A stretch of DNA of 64,000 bases from an uncultured Desulfarculus sp. (GTDB lineage: Bacteria; Desulfobacterota; Desulfarculia; Desulfarculales; Desulfarculaceae), in NCBI GenBank assembly GCA_963665125.2, contig CAXXUK010000001.1, positions 1,952,001 through 2,016,000 of the forward strand, read 5' to 3'. Position 1 is the stretch's first letter; the number at the start of each line of letters is the position of its first letter. This document shows, one piece after another, positions 11,015 to 21,297 of this stretch. Made by a program: the position numbers and the translations under genes. Under the pieces are notes generated by a model that was given only the letters and a program-made list of their open reading frames with translations, was not told the DNA's origin and made no database searches.

Positions 11015-11899
11015 TCATTTGGCTTGATCGACAAGGTCCTGTCTGGTGCTCAGGAATGCCGCAACAACCCGGGCGAAGTCTTCCGGGTTCTGGTATTGCA
11101 GGAAATGGCTCCCGCCCTTGAACCTGGCCATCCAGGCGCCAGGGATAAGCCCGGCCATCTGCACGCTCTGGGACGGCGGAGTTATCTCGTCCTGTTCGCC
11201 CACCACCATCAAAACCGGAATATCCAGTTTGGCCAGGCGGTCTTTGGTGCCCGGCCATTGCAGGCACGCCTCTTGCTGCCGGGCCGCCGTGGCCGCGCTG
11301 GGCGGGATGGACGATCTGGGCATGCGCTGGAGGATGTCGGGGTTTTGTTTGAACCACTGGGCCGGGAAATACCTCTCTGCCGGGGGCCGGGCCTGGATCT
11401 CGGCCACGTGGGCCAGGGCTTTTTGGGCCTCATCGTTGGTGCACGCCGAGGCGTACAACACCAGCTTGGCGGCCTTGCCGGAGTGATTCAGGGCCACCTC
11501 CTGGGCGATCATGCTGCCCATGGACCAACCCATAACCGCCGCGTCGGCCACGCCCACGGCGTCCAAAAGCCCGGCGGCGTCATCGGCCATCAGCCTTATC
11601 GTGAGTGCGTCATCGTTGATGGTCGAGTAACCCATGCCCCTGTTGTCAAAGACAATGACCTTGAAATTTTCAGCCAGTTTTTCGACCAGCACATGGTCCC
11701 AGCTATCCATGGTCGCGCCGTAACCGGTTATCAACAACAGCGGCGGACCCGAGCCGATGACCCGGTAGCCCAACTTGACGCCGTTGACTCTGGCGTATTG
11801 CGTGGCTGGGGCAGCCGCCTGGTCCCGGGCCGGGATTTCGGCCGCCGCCGCCAAGACCATGACCAGGGCAATGATGAAATAAAACAAGCGTTTAAGCAT
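11015..11899 (-). CDS. Exported alpha/beta hydrolase
   Basis: Signal peptide; DNRGMG; GWSMG nucleophile elbow; GEQD; GSH. Confidence 0.9.
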   Translation of the reverse strand: MLKRLFYFIIALVMVLAAAAEIPARDQAAAPATQYARVNGVKLGYRVIGSGPPLLLITGYGATMDSWDHVLVEKLAENFKVIVFDNRGMGYSTINDDALTIRLMADDAAGLLDAVGVADAAVMGWSMGSMIAQEVALNHSGKAAKLVLYASACTNDEAQKALAHVAEIQARPPAERYFPAQWFKQNPDILQRMPRSSIPPSAATAARQQEACLQWPGTKDRLAKLDIPVLMVVGEQDEITPPSQSVQMAGLIPGAWMARFKGGSHFLQYQNPEDFARVVAAFLSTRQDLVDQAK

Positions 11900-11950
11900 T
11901 ATGGTGCCTCCGGTTGATTCGATGACGGCGCAACAGCCGGATCAGACGGG

Positions 11951-14900
11951 CTAGAACCGCCAGTCGATGCCAGCCGTTAGGGTATGGCCGTTGAAGTTGT
12001 CAGCGTAAAAATAACCATAATCCACGAAAGCGCTCAAGCGCCCGTTCATGGTTGCGCTCAGGCCCAGATTGGCAGCGATCCCGTCGGCATATGGATCAAG
12101 ACCGTTGAGACTCATGGGCGAAGCATTGCCATAGTCGCGGAAGGTTGCCGAGATGACCCTGGCGTCGTCGCTGAAGTTGTGCAACCACATCAGCGAGGCC
12201 TTGGGTAGCAGGTTTACCGAACCGGCCTGCCACAGTCCGGCCAAACGCAGGCCCACGGAGCTGTTCCAGCCGTTTTGGTCCAGATCAGCTACATTGAGGC
12301 TTAGACCGCCCGCGCCGTTTTCCAGGAAGCTGTCCTGTTGATAATCGCTGTAGGCCAGCCAAAGCACCGGTCCCCAGACTATTGCGCCGCTGCGCAGGTC
12401 GTAACCGCCGCCCAGTCGAGCCATCCACAGGCTGGAGTCGAAATCCGCCTTGGCCGTTGCGTTGACGTCCTCGAAATTGATGCCGCGTTTGGCGTCGTTG
12501 TTATACGAGGCATAGCTGGCGGCGACGTCGGCGTACCAGCAACCCCACCTGGCCGTGGCATAGGCTCCGTAATGCATGCCGGTCTGGTCGCCGGAATGGC
12601 AACCGGCATCCCAGCCGATGCTCGTGCTGCTGTAGCCCAGCCCGAGACCCGCAGTCAGCCAGGGCATGATCTCGCCGTCCGCGCCAAAGACCCCGCCGCC
12701 TGTGCTAGTGTCGTAGCCTATCTTGCCTCCGCTGCCCGAGGCGTCGGACCAATTACCCACGGCCCGGGCCCAGACCCGCCAATCCCTGAAGCCAGCGCCG
12801 CCTGCCAACATTCCCGCGGCTTGATGCTCGTCGCCCATGGCCAATAGCGGCCCCTCGGCCCTTTCCGGCCCGGCCAGCCCCAGGGCCCGCCTCAGGCGCA
12901 GATCGTCGGCCCGGTCGAGCAGGGCCTGGTCAAACATGCCCGCGGCGCTGTGGCCGGAACCGCCGAATGCGTCGTAGATCACCGGGGCCATGGCCCCCAT
13001 GGCCTGTCGGATCTGGCCAAGGTCGTAGTCAAAATCCATCTTCACGATCAAGTTGGCCAGATCGTCGGTATTGCCTGCGGCCAGCGGCACCACGGCGTCC
13101 AGGGCCCGGCCCACGGCGCGCTGTGTTTCATTGTCGGCCAATTGTTCATATGGCGTTCGGGCCAGCACCAATTCGATGGCCGTGCCGCTGTTGCGGGCGC
13201 CCAGACTAAGAACGGCGGTGTTAAAGCCTCCGGTAACCGTGTCGAAATTGCCGTAGATACCATTGCCGGCCGTAATTACCGTCCAACTCATATTGCCGGT
13301 GTACAGACCTATGGGCAGATAAGTGGCCAAGGTGCCGCCGTTGATCATTGCCGAGTCGGTGATGATCTGGTCGGATTGGCCGTCTGCCGTGATTTCACAG
13401 TAATAAGTGGCCCCGGATTGGTGGATGTAGGCCCCGGTGATTTGCAGGGTGCCGATGGAGTTGCCCGGAGCGATGCCGCCGGTGTTGCTTACATTGCCGT
13501 TTATGGTCCCACTGCCGCCGACCACGCCGCCGCCGCTAACCGCCACGGTGGGGCTGGTCAGGCTGCCGTTGACGACGAGCACACCGCTAACATCGGTGGA
13601 TCCGCTATTGACCGAACCGGTGATGGCCGTGCGGCCGCTGACACCCAGAGAGCCGGTTGACAACGAACCGCTGACGTTCATATTGCCGGCAACCGTAGTG
13701 GCTCCATTGACGGCTGCGTTGCCACCGAGGTTGGCCGATCCGCCGGAGGCGACATTCAGGGAACCGGAGGTCAGTGCCCCGCCGTTGCCAAGAATAAGAG
13801 AGCCGTAGACAACGGCGCCGTCCGCCACACTCACATCTCCGTTGATCCTGGCCGAACCGCTGACGTTCAGCGAGGCCGTGTCAAGACTGCCGCCGGTACC
13901 CACGCTGGCGCTGCCGCTGACCACCGTGGCCCCGGTCACATTGGCGTCGCCGTTTAATGCGGCCGAACCGCTGACATTGAGCGAGGCCGTGTCAAGGCTG
14001 CCGCCGGTACCCACGCTGGCGCTGCCGCTGACCACCGTGGCCCCGGTCACATTGGCGTCGCCGTTTAATGCGGCCGAACCGCTGACATTGAGCGAGGCCG
14101 TGTCAAGGCTGCCGCCGGTACCCACGCTGGCGCTGCCGCTGACCACCGTGGCCCCGGTCACATTGGCGTCGCCGTTTAATGCGGCCGAACCGCTGACGGT
14201 GAGCGAGGCCGTGTCAAGACTGCCGCCGGTACCCACGCTGGCACTGCCGCTGACCACCGTGGCCCCGGTCACATTGGCGTCGCCGTTTAATGCGGCCGAA
14301 CCGCTGACGGTGAGCGAGGCCGTGTCAAGACTGCCGCCGGTACCCACGCTGGCACTGCCGCTGACCACCGTGGCCCCGGTCGCATTGGCCGTGCCCGATA
14401 TATCAGCCGAACCGCTGACATTCAGCGAGGCCGTGTCAAGACTGCCGCCGGTACCCACGCTGGCACTGCCGCTGACCACCGTGGCCCCGGTCACATTGGC
14501 CGTGCCCGATATATCAGCCGAACCGCTGACATTCAGCGAGGCCGTGTCAAGACTGCCGCCGCTGCCCACGCTGGCGCTGCCGCTGACCACCGTGGCCCCG
14601 GTCACGTTGGCGTCGCCCGAGATATCAGCCGAACCACTGACATCCAGCGAGGCGGTATTGAACTGCCCCCCGCTGTCGAGGTTCAGGGTTCCGGCCACAT
14701 CGCTGTCGCCGGAGACATCCACTCTGCCGCTGATATTGGCGGTGTTGCCATTGCTGACGGTCATGGTCCCGGTGGCCAGAGTGCCGCCGCTATTGACGTT
14801 CAAGGTGCCGTCGACGCTGGTCTCGCCGCTTACTGTAACCGCGCCGTTGATGTTGAGGCTGTTGGCCGAGTTGACATCAAGGGAATCGGCCAGGAATGAG

Positions 14901-16681
14901 CCATTGGAGGCCACGGTCAAGGTGCCGTCGACCACCACCGGACCGCCTGAAAAGTCGAATGCGTCGGCCAGGATTATCGTGCCGTTTCCGCTAAACCGCG
15001 CATTTTCAAAGTTCAGATATGGGCTCGTGTCGTTAATGGTCAGCGTTGTGGCCACATCAAAAACCAGGGTGTCGGTGCCCGCCCCGCCGTCGACATCGCC
15101 TCCCACCGATGATGTCTCGGTTAGGGTTACGCTGTCGTTTCCGGAACCGGCTATCAGATCGCCGGACACGGCGCCGCTGTTGGTGATGGTGCAGTTGCCG
15201 GTGCCGTTCAGGTTGCCGTAAAGGTTGCCACCCACCGTGCCGCTGTTGATAATAACGACTTCGCCGCTGCCGTCCCATATGCCGTACAGGTGCCCACCAT
15301 CAGTGGCAACCGTCCCAGTGTTTACCAGATAGACATTGCCGGTGCCGCCGCTCTGACCACACATGTCCCAGCGCACATCGCCATGGTTTATGACCGTCAC
15401 ATTGCCGGTGCTATCGTCGGCGCCGACCATGGCGTCACCGACATTGCCGTTGTTGACCATGTAGGAATCGCCCTGACTGCTGAAAACACCGAAGAATCCG
15501 CCGCCAACCGTACCGTTATTGGTCATGGTGGCGTTGCCTTCGCCGTTTTCCACGCCCACGAAGTCGCCTATCTGCACCGTGCCGTTGTTGGTCAAGTCAA
15601 CACTGCCCCAGCCCGCTTCATTGCCGACAAAATCAAGGCCCACGGTTCCGTTGTTGATCATGGTCACGTTGCCGCGCGCCATCCAGATACCGGTGAACAC
15701 TACCGCGACCGTGCCGGTTCCAGTGTTGAGCATATTCACGTCGCCCGTGGCCACGGTGGCGGTCTCGGCCGTGGTCAGGCCCACGGCCCAAAAGGTCCAG
15801 CCGGAGTTGATGATCGTTACGTCGCCGATTGACGAGTCACCGCCTATCATCGGCCCGTCCACTTGTCCGGCGTTGTTGATGTAGACATTGCCGGTGGCGG
15901 CCACGGCGCCTCCCAGCGCGTCGAACAGCCTGGCGTTTTGGCCGATGGTGATGTTGACGTCGCCGCTGCCGTAATAATTACCCACGACCTCAAATAGCAC
16001 ATTGCCGTCGATATTCATCTGGCTGGGGCCCATGGAATAGATCCAGCCGCCGACCGCACTACCGTTTTCCAGGTTGATGGTCAATCCATTGGTGTCGCTG
16101 TCAATGTCTCCCGCCAGCCTCCCGGTGGATGAGATATTTACCGTGCCGCCGTTGCGCACCAGAAGCAGATCAGAGGTCAATAAAGCGTCTAGTTGAAGGG
16201 TGCCGCCATACAAGTCGGTCTGGTCCGCTATGCTGGTGGCGGCGTCGATGGTCGTGGTGCCGTCGGGCGTTATGCGGCCCAATTCGAAATTGTTGATGCC
16301 GCCGCCGAACACGCCGCTGAAAGTCGGCACGCCGGTTAGCACCAGGGTGTCATCGCCCGCCCCGCCATTGACCAAGCCGGTGAAGACCGCGCCGCCAAAC
16401 GCTTCAACCGTATCATCGTTGGCGCCGCAGGTGGTCGTGCCTCCCACGTTGCCGGTGTTGACCAGACGGTCCGTGCCGCCCTGGGACATGTCCCAGTTTC
16501 CGGTTATGGTGCCGTTGTTGGTGTAGAGGTCGTTGTTAACCGTGCCGTCCCAATTTCCGACTATGGTGCCGTTGTTTGTGGCCGTGTCGGCGCTGCAAGG
16601 CAACGAAAAACACAAGGTGGCAACAACAAACAAAATGGCCGCCAAAGTACGGCGGCAAGGTTGGGACGATGCAGCAGGCAT
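11951..16681 (-). CDS. Autotransporter (type Va) adhesin-like protein
   Basis: Signal peptide, Gly/Asn-rich beta-helix passenger, GGxGxD motifs, PGNSIGTL autochaperone motif, C-terminal beta-barrel ending DWRF. Confidence 0.92.
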   Translation of the reverse strand: MPAASSQPCRRTLAAILFVVATLCFSLPCSADTATNNGTIVGNWDGTVNNDLYTNNGTITGNWDMSQGGTDRLVNTGNVGGTTTCGANDDTVEAFGGAVFTGLVNGGAGDDTLVLTGVPTFSGVFGGGINNFELGRITPDGTTTIDAATSIADQTDLYGGTLQLDALLTSDLLLVRNGGTVNISSTGRLAGDIDSDTNGLTINLENGSAVGGWIYSMGPSQMNIDGNVLFEVVGNYYGSGDVNITIGQNARLFDALGGAVAATGNVYINNAGQVDGPMIGGDSSIGDVTIINSGWTFWAVGLTTAETATVATGDVNMLNTGTGTVAVVFTGIWMARGNVTMINNGTVGLDFVGNEAGWGSVDLTNNGTVQIGDFVGVENGEGNATMTNNGTVGGGFFGVFSSQGDSYMVNNGNVGDAMVGADDSTGNVTVINHGDVRWDMCGQSGGTGNVYLVNTGTVATDGGHLYGIWDGSGEVVIINSGTVGGNLYGNLNGTGNCTITNSGAVSGDLIAGSGNDSVTLTETSSVGGDVDGGAGTDTLVFDVATTLTINDTSPYLNFENARFSGNGTIILADAFDFSGGPVVVDGTLTVASNGSFLADSLDVNSANSLNINGAVTVSGETSVDGTLNVNSGGTLATGTMTVSNGNTANISGRVDVSGDSDVAGTLNLDSGGQFNTASLDVSGSADISGDANVTGATVVSGSASVGSGGSLDTASLNVSGSADISGTANVTGATVVSGSASVGTGGSLDTASLNVSGSADISGTANATGATVVSGSASVGTGGSLDTASLTVSGSAALNGDANVTGATVVSGSASVGTGGSLDTASLTVSGSAALNGDANVTGATVVSGSASVGTGGSLDTASLNVSGSAALNGDANVTGATVVSGSASVGTGGSLDTASLNVSGSAALNGDANVTGATVVSGSASVGTGGSLDTASLNVSGSARINGDVSVADGAVVYGSLILGNGGALTSGSLNVASGGSANLGGNAAVNGATTVAGNMNVSGSLSTGSLGVSGRTAITGSVNSGSTDVSGVLVVNGSLTSPTVAVSGGGVVGGSGTINGNVSNTGGIAPGNSIGTLQITGAYIHQSGATYYCEITADGQSDQIITDSAMINGGTLATYLPIGLYTGNMSWTVITAGNGIYGNFDTVTGGFNTAVLSLGARNSGTAIELVLARTPYEQLADNETQRAVGRALDAVVPLAAGNTDDLANLIVKMDFDYDLGQIRQAMGAMAPVIYDAFGGSGHSAAGMFDQALLDRADDLRLRRALGLAGPERAEGPLLAMGDEHQAAGMLAGGAGFRDWRVWARAVGNWSDASGSGGKIGYDTSTGGGVFGADGEIMPWLTAGLGLGYSSTSIGWDAGCHSGDQTGMHYGAYATARWGCWYADVAASYASYNNDAKRGINFEDVNATAKADFDSSLWMARLGGGYDLRSGAIVWGPVLWLAYSDYQQDSFLENGAGGLSLNVADLDQNGWNSSVGLRLAGLWQAGSVNLLPKASLMWLHNFSDDARVISATFRDYGNASPMSLNGLDPYADGIAANLGLSATMNGRLSAFVDYGYFYADNFNGHTLTAGIDWRF
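13851..14640. repeat. Seven tandem 111-bp (37-aa) repeats inside the autotransporter
   Basis: GCCGAACC(G/A)CTGAC recurs at 13851, 13962, 14073, 14184, 14295, 14406, 14517, 14628. Confidence 0.95.
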
Positions 16682-17035
16682 GGTTCGGCCTTTATTTCAC
16701 GCTCAGGCAGCGGGCAAAAATGATTATTAAACGCGGTTTGACTTATCGGTTGACAAACTGTGTAACATGCTGCACAGGCTCACGATTTATATCATGTTTC
16801 CGCCTGGTTAATCAAATATAATTAATAGGATAATATTTAGAAGCCTGTTACCGCCGGGCATAATGGGTATGAGATGACAGGTTTATTCGACCCAGGCCGC
16901 AAACACCGGTCAAGGAATAGGCCTGAGGAATAGGCTTGCCGCCTGTTGATATCTGATGTATCAGTATTAGCGGCGCACCAGTAAACGGAGCCATTTTTCG
17001 TCGTCCCATGGATTTCATGATTTCGGAGAGCCAGC

Positions 17036-18643
17036 ATGAAGACAACCGTATTTACCAACTGCAACGTCATCACCATGAACGATAAAGCCCCAAAAGCCGA
17101 ATCCTTAGCTGTTCAGGGAGGCAAATTCGTTGCTGTGGGGGACAGGGCCTCGGTGCTGGCGGCAGTGGGCAAGGATATCGCCGAAATAGACCTCGGCGGC
17201 GCGACAGTCACTCCCGGATTCATCGAAACCCATGACCATTTGTCATATTACGGGCTGACCATGTTCATGGCCGACTGCTCCTCGGTGGCCAACAAGACCA
17301 TGGAAGATGTCCTGAACAAGATCGCTGAGACCGCCCGCAACGCCGCCCCCGGCGCATGGGTCATGGGCCAGGGCTTTGACGACACCATGAACGATAAGGC
17401 CCGGCATCTGACCCGCGACGACCTGGACAAGATCTGCCCGGACAACGTGGTGATGATCATGCACACCAGCGCCCACCTGGCCTACACCAACTCCATGGGG
17501 CTGGAGTTGGCCGGGATCACGGCAGATACGCCCCAACCCGAGAGCGGCCACATCGAAAAGGAGCCGGACGGCAGGCCCACCGGGTTGCTTCGCGAGGCAG
17601 GAGCCATAATGCTTTTGATGTCGCATATGCCCCCGCCCCCACCGGACACCTATCACGCTGTGATACCCCTGGCCATGGCCGAGTTCAACAAGGTGGGCGT
17701 CACCAGCGCCCATGACGCCGGCATCGGTATGGCGGGCCACGGCAAGATGACCATCGACGCCTATCGCAAACTAAAAACCGAAGGCCGCATCACCGTGCGG
17801 GTCTACATGACGATCATAGAGGAGCTGTACCGCGGCCTGGCCGATGCCGGACTGGGCATGGGCTTCGGCGACGAGTGGGTCAAGATGGGCGCGGTGAAGT
17901 CCTGGCAGGACGGCTCGATCCAGGGGCTGACCGCCGCCTTGGCCAAGCCCTACCACAATGCCCCTGACTGGCTGGGCGATCTGCTCATCGACCAGCAGGA
18001 GCTGGACGACATGGCGGCCAGATACCAGGCCTTGGGTTTGCAGATGGCCCTGCACGCAAACGGAGACCGGGCCATTGAGAGCGTACTGCTGGCCCTGGAG
18101 CGGGCCCAGGAAAAGCACCCTCGCGACGATCTGCGGCACATGATCATCCATTGCCAGACAGCCACCGAAGATCAGATCCAGCGCATGGCCAAACTGGGCG
18201 CGATCCCCAGCTACTTCATCATGCATGTGCACTATTGGGGCGACCGCCACGCCAGACTGTTCCTGGGGCCGGAGCGGGCCGCGCGCCTCAACCCGCTGGC
18301 GTCCTCCCAAAAGGCCGGCATGACCTACTCGGTGCATGCCGACACGCCGGTGACCCCGCCCAACCCCCTGATGGGCATCCACTGCGCGGTCAACCGCCTC
18401 ACCTCGGGGGGGCAGGTCCTGGGCCCGGAGCAGCGCATATCGGCGCGCGAGGCCCTGAAGACCTATACGACCTACGCCGCCAAATGCAGCTTTGAGGAAG
18501 ACATCAAGGGTTCCATCGAAGAGGGCAAACTGGCCGACTTTGTTTGTCTGGACCAGGATCTGCTGAGCATCGATCCCCTGAAAATCCTGGACACCAAAGT
18601 GCTGGCCACCTATGTCGGCGGCAAAAAGGTGTACGAAGCCTAA
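17036..18643 (+). CDS. Amidohydrolase family 3 (YtcJ-like)
   Basis: PGFIETHDH, K.W.DGSIQG.TA, HANGDRA, IIHCQ, HADTP, GSIEEGKLADFV. Confidence 0.92.
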   Translation: MKTTVFTNCNVITMNDKAPKAESLAVQGGKFVAVGDRASVLAAVGKDIAEIDLGGATVTPGFIETHDHLSYYGLTMFMADCSSVANKTMEDVLNKIAETARNAAPGAWVMGQGFDDTMNDKARHLTRDDLDKICPDNVVMIMHTSAHLAYTNSMGLELAGITADTPQPESGHIEKEPDGRPTGLLREAGAIMLLMSHMPPPPPDTYHAVIPLAMAEFNKVGVTSAHDAGIGMAGHGKMTIDAYRKLKTEGRITVRVYMTIIEELYRGLADAGLGMGFGDEWVKMGAVKSWQDGSIQGLTAALAKPYHNAPDWLGDLLIDQQELDDMAARYQALGLQMALHANGDRAIESVLLALERAQEKHPRDDLRHMIIHCQTATEDQIQRMAKLGAIPSYFIMHVHYWGDRHARLFLGPERAARLNPLASSQKAGMTYSVHADTPVTPPNPLMGIHCAVNRLTSGGQVLGPEQRISAREALKTYTTYAAKCSFEEDIKGSIEEGKLADFVCLDQDLLSIDPLKILDTKVLATYVGGKKVYEA

Positions 18644-18672
18644 TTCAAGACCTTGCCAGCCTGTAAAATGAC

Positions 18673-18754
18673 GCGAGACCTTTTGCGCCCCAGGCGTAAA
18701 AGGTCTCGCACAAAGTTTTTTGGGGTGTGGGGGCACTTTTCAAAAAGCCCCCAC
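18673..18754. repeat. Two adjacent stem-loops (REP-like element/terminator) between convergent genes
   Basis: GCGAGACCTTTTGCGCC-CCA-GGCGTAAAAGGTCTCGC and GTGGGGGC-N12-GCCCCCAC. Confidence 0.65.
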
Positions 18755-18758
18755 GAAC

Positions 18759-19769
18759 TTAATACTCCAAATGCTCTTCGCCGGTGATTTTGTGGCTGAA
18801 GAACTTGTAGACCGCGGCCTGGTAGATGATGACTATTGGCACCATGACCAGGGCCACGCCCAGCATGATCTTCAATGTCAGCGGGCTTGAAGAGGAGTTG
18901 AAGGCCGTCATGCTGGCCGCCGGGTCGATGTTGGACGGCAGCAGATTGGGGAACAGGCCGGCCACGCCGAACAGCACGCAGGCCACCACCATCAGCGACG
19001 ACAATGCCCACGCCTTCCACGGCGACTTCAGGCTAAAGCGGCTCAGCAATAGCCCTGCCACGGCCAGAACCGGCAGAAGCCACAACACCGGGTACTTGAG
19101 ATAATTGGCGTAGAGGTTGGTGGCATAGGCCGTGAAGATCAAAAAGGCCACGGCCAGAACAACCAGGGGCAGCCACAGCTTTCCGGCCATGGAGGCCGAG
19201 CGCTGCTGCAGATCGCCATCGGTCTTGACGGCCAGCCAGATGGCGCCGTGATACATGAACATCACTAAAAACAGCAAGCCGCCCAGCAGGCCGTAGGGGT
19301 TGAGCAGGCTCAGCAGGGTGCCCTGGTACACGCCGTTGGCGTCGATGGGAATACCGCTGAAGATATTGGCAAAGGCCACGCCAAACAGCAGGGCCGGCGC
19401 GGCGCTGCCGATGAAGTGGCACCAGTCCCAGATGCTGCGCCAGCCCTCGCTTTCAACCTTGCCCCGGAACTCAAAGGTGACGCCGCGCAGGATCAGGGTG
19501 AACAATACCAGCATCAGGGCCGAATACAGGGCGCTGAACATCACGGCGTAAGTGCCGGGGAAGGCGGCGAAGGTCACGCCGCCGGCGGTGATCAGCCAAA
19601 CTTCGTTCCCGTCCCAGAACGGACCCTGGACATTATAGAATATGCGGCGTTCGTTTTCGTCCTTGGCCATGAAGGGCATCAAGGTGCCCACGCCGAAGTC
19701 AAAGCCGTCCAGCATGAAATACACCGCCCACAACACGCCCCAGAGAACAAACCAAATAGTTTCCAACAT
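18759..19769 (-). CDS. cydB: Cytochrome bd ubiquinol oxidase subunit II
   Basis: LDGFDFGVG, GPFWDGNEVWL, FAAFP..YA. Confidence 0.96.
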   Translation of the reverse strand: MLETIWFVLWGVLWAVYFMLDGFDFGVGTLMPFMAKDENERRIFYNVQGPFWDGNEVWLITAGGVTFAAFPGTYAVMFSALYSALMLVLFTLILRGVTFEFRGKVESEGWRSIWDWCHFIGSAAPALLFGVAFANIFSGIPIDANGVYQGTLLSLLNPYGLLGGLLFLVMFMYHGAIWLAVKTDGDLQQRSASMAGKLWLPLVVLAVAFLIFTAYATNLYANYLKYPVLWLLPVLAVAGLLLSRFSLKSPWKAWALSSLMVVACVLFGVAGLFPNLLPSNIDPAASMTAFNSSSSPLTLKIMLGVALVMVPIVIIYQAAVYKFFSHKITGEEHLEY

Positions 19770-19787
19770 TGTGCTTGTCTCCTTTTC

Positions 19788-21107
19788 CTAGTTCGCCGCT
19801 TGGGCGGCCGGTTCGGGGCCCTTTTTCGCGTGCTTGGCCAAAAGATAGAACGCCGCCGCGCCCAACAGGCCATAGACCACGATGAAGGCCAACAGGCTGA
19901 CCGCCACCTGGGACGCGGCAATGGGGCTGACCGCCTCGGAGGTCTTCATCAGGCCCCATACGATCCACGGTTGGCGTCCAACCTCGGCCAGCATCCAGCC
20001 CATTTCATTGGCCAGGTAGGGCAAAGGAATGGCCCAAAGCATTATCTTGAGGTACAGGGGGCTTTCGGCGAGCTTGTTGCGCCGTAAAAATCCCCACACG
20101 GTGAGAATTATAAACAGGGTGCCCAGGCCCACCATGATCCGGAAACCCAGGAATGTGGGCAGCACGGGCGGCCTTTCGTCGGCCGGTATGTCGTTTAGGC
20201 CGGTGACCTTGGCATTGAAGTCGTTGAAGGCAAGGAACGAAAGCGCGCCGGGAACGGGCAACCACTCGATCATGTTGCCCTCCTTGCCGATGTTGGGAAC
20301 GGTGAGCAGGTAGATTGGGGCCCCTTCCTGGGTCTGCCAATGGGATTCCATGGCCGCCAGCTTGGAGGGCTGCTTTTCAGCCACTTCCTTGCCGCTCATA
20401 TCACCGGTGACCGCCGCGAAGACGCTGAAAACAAGGGCAAAGACCAGGGCGATGCGGAATGATTTGCCGAAAAATTCCGTTTCCCGCTTGCGCAGCAGGT
20501 GCCAGGCGCTGATGCCCATGACAAAGAAACCGGCCAGAATGTACGCGCCGGACAAGGTGTGGGAAAATTCGATGATGGCGAATTTCTGGGTGGCGACGGC
20601 AATGAAATCGTCAAGCTCGGCCCGGCCGTTGCGCAGGACATAGCCTAAAGGGTGCTGCATGAAGGCATTGGCGGCCAGAATCCAGTAGGCGCTGATATTT
20701 GAGGCGATGGCCACCACCCAGATGCAGGCCAAATGGGCCCTGGGCGAAAGCCTTTTCCAGCCGAAGACCCAAACGGCGATGAATGTCGACTCCAGGAAAA
20801 AGGCCACCGTGGCCTCGATGGCCAACAGAGATCCGAAGATGTCGCCGACATACGCCGAATAGCGTGACCAGTTGGTGCCAAACTGGAATTCCAGGGTTAT
20901 GCCCGTGACAACGCCGATTGCAAAGTTGATTAAAAACAGCTTGCCCCAGAACTTGGCCATGCGTTTGTATTGCTCGTCGCCGGTTTGGACAAAGCGGGTT
21001 TCCATGAAGGCTACGAGTAGAGACAGACCCAAGGTGAGAGGCACGAACAAAAAATGAAAAAAAGTGGCTGCGGCGAATTGCAGCCTGGAGAGCATCAACA
21101 CGTCCAT
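19788..21107 (-). CDS. cydA: Cytochrome bd ubiquinol oxidase subunit I
   Basis: LSRLQFA..FHFLFVPLTLG, EFQFGTNW, QP.KLAAME, EVGRQPW. Confidence 0.96.
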   Translation of the reverse strand: MDVLMLSRLQFAAATFFHFLFVPLTLGLSLLVAFMETRFVQTGDEQYKRMAKFWGKLFLINFAIGVVTGITLEFQFGTNWSRYSAYVGDIFGSLLAIEATVAFFLESTFIAVWVFGWKRLSPRAHLACIWVVAIASNISAYWILAANAFMQHPLGYVLRNGRAELDDFIAVATQKFAIIEFSHTLSGAYILAGFFVMGISAWHLLRKRETEFFGKSFRIALVFALVFSVFAAVTGDMSGKEVAEKQPSKLAAMESHWQTQEGAPIYLLTVPNIGKEGNMIEWLPVPGALSFLAFNDFNAKVTGLNDIPADERPPVLPTFLGFRIMVGLGTLFIILTVWGFLRRNKLAESPLYLKIMLWAIPLPYLANEMGWMLAEVGRQPWIVWGLMKTSEAVSPIAASQVAVSLLAFIVVYGLLGAAAFYLLAKHAKKGPEPAAQAAN

Positions 21108-21268
21108 AAGCACCACCCTTGTTTCCCAGGTTTTCCCCCGGTGCATGCCGAACGGGCAAACACCTCTATATTAAAGATCATTTTAAACCGTAGTATTTGT
21201 GAAATTGCAACGGCTTTTTTATCTGCTCATAATATTGAATATCATTTGCATAATCAAGCAAAAATTTA

Positions 21269-21288
21269 CCCCGCCTGGATCGGCGGGG
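21269..21288 (-). terminator. Terminator of the FkbM gene
   Basis: CCCCGCC-N6-GGCGGGG followed by a T-rich tract on the minus strand. Confidence 0.55.
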
Positions 21289-21297
21289 CTGAACAGA

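Noticed and set aside
13851..14640. Possible CRISPR array
   Set aside because: Contiguous in-frame 111-bp coding repeats, no unique spacers, no cas genes
13842..15221. 459-aa plus-strand ORF with repeats
   Set aside because: Antisense shadow of the autotransporter repeat region
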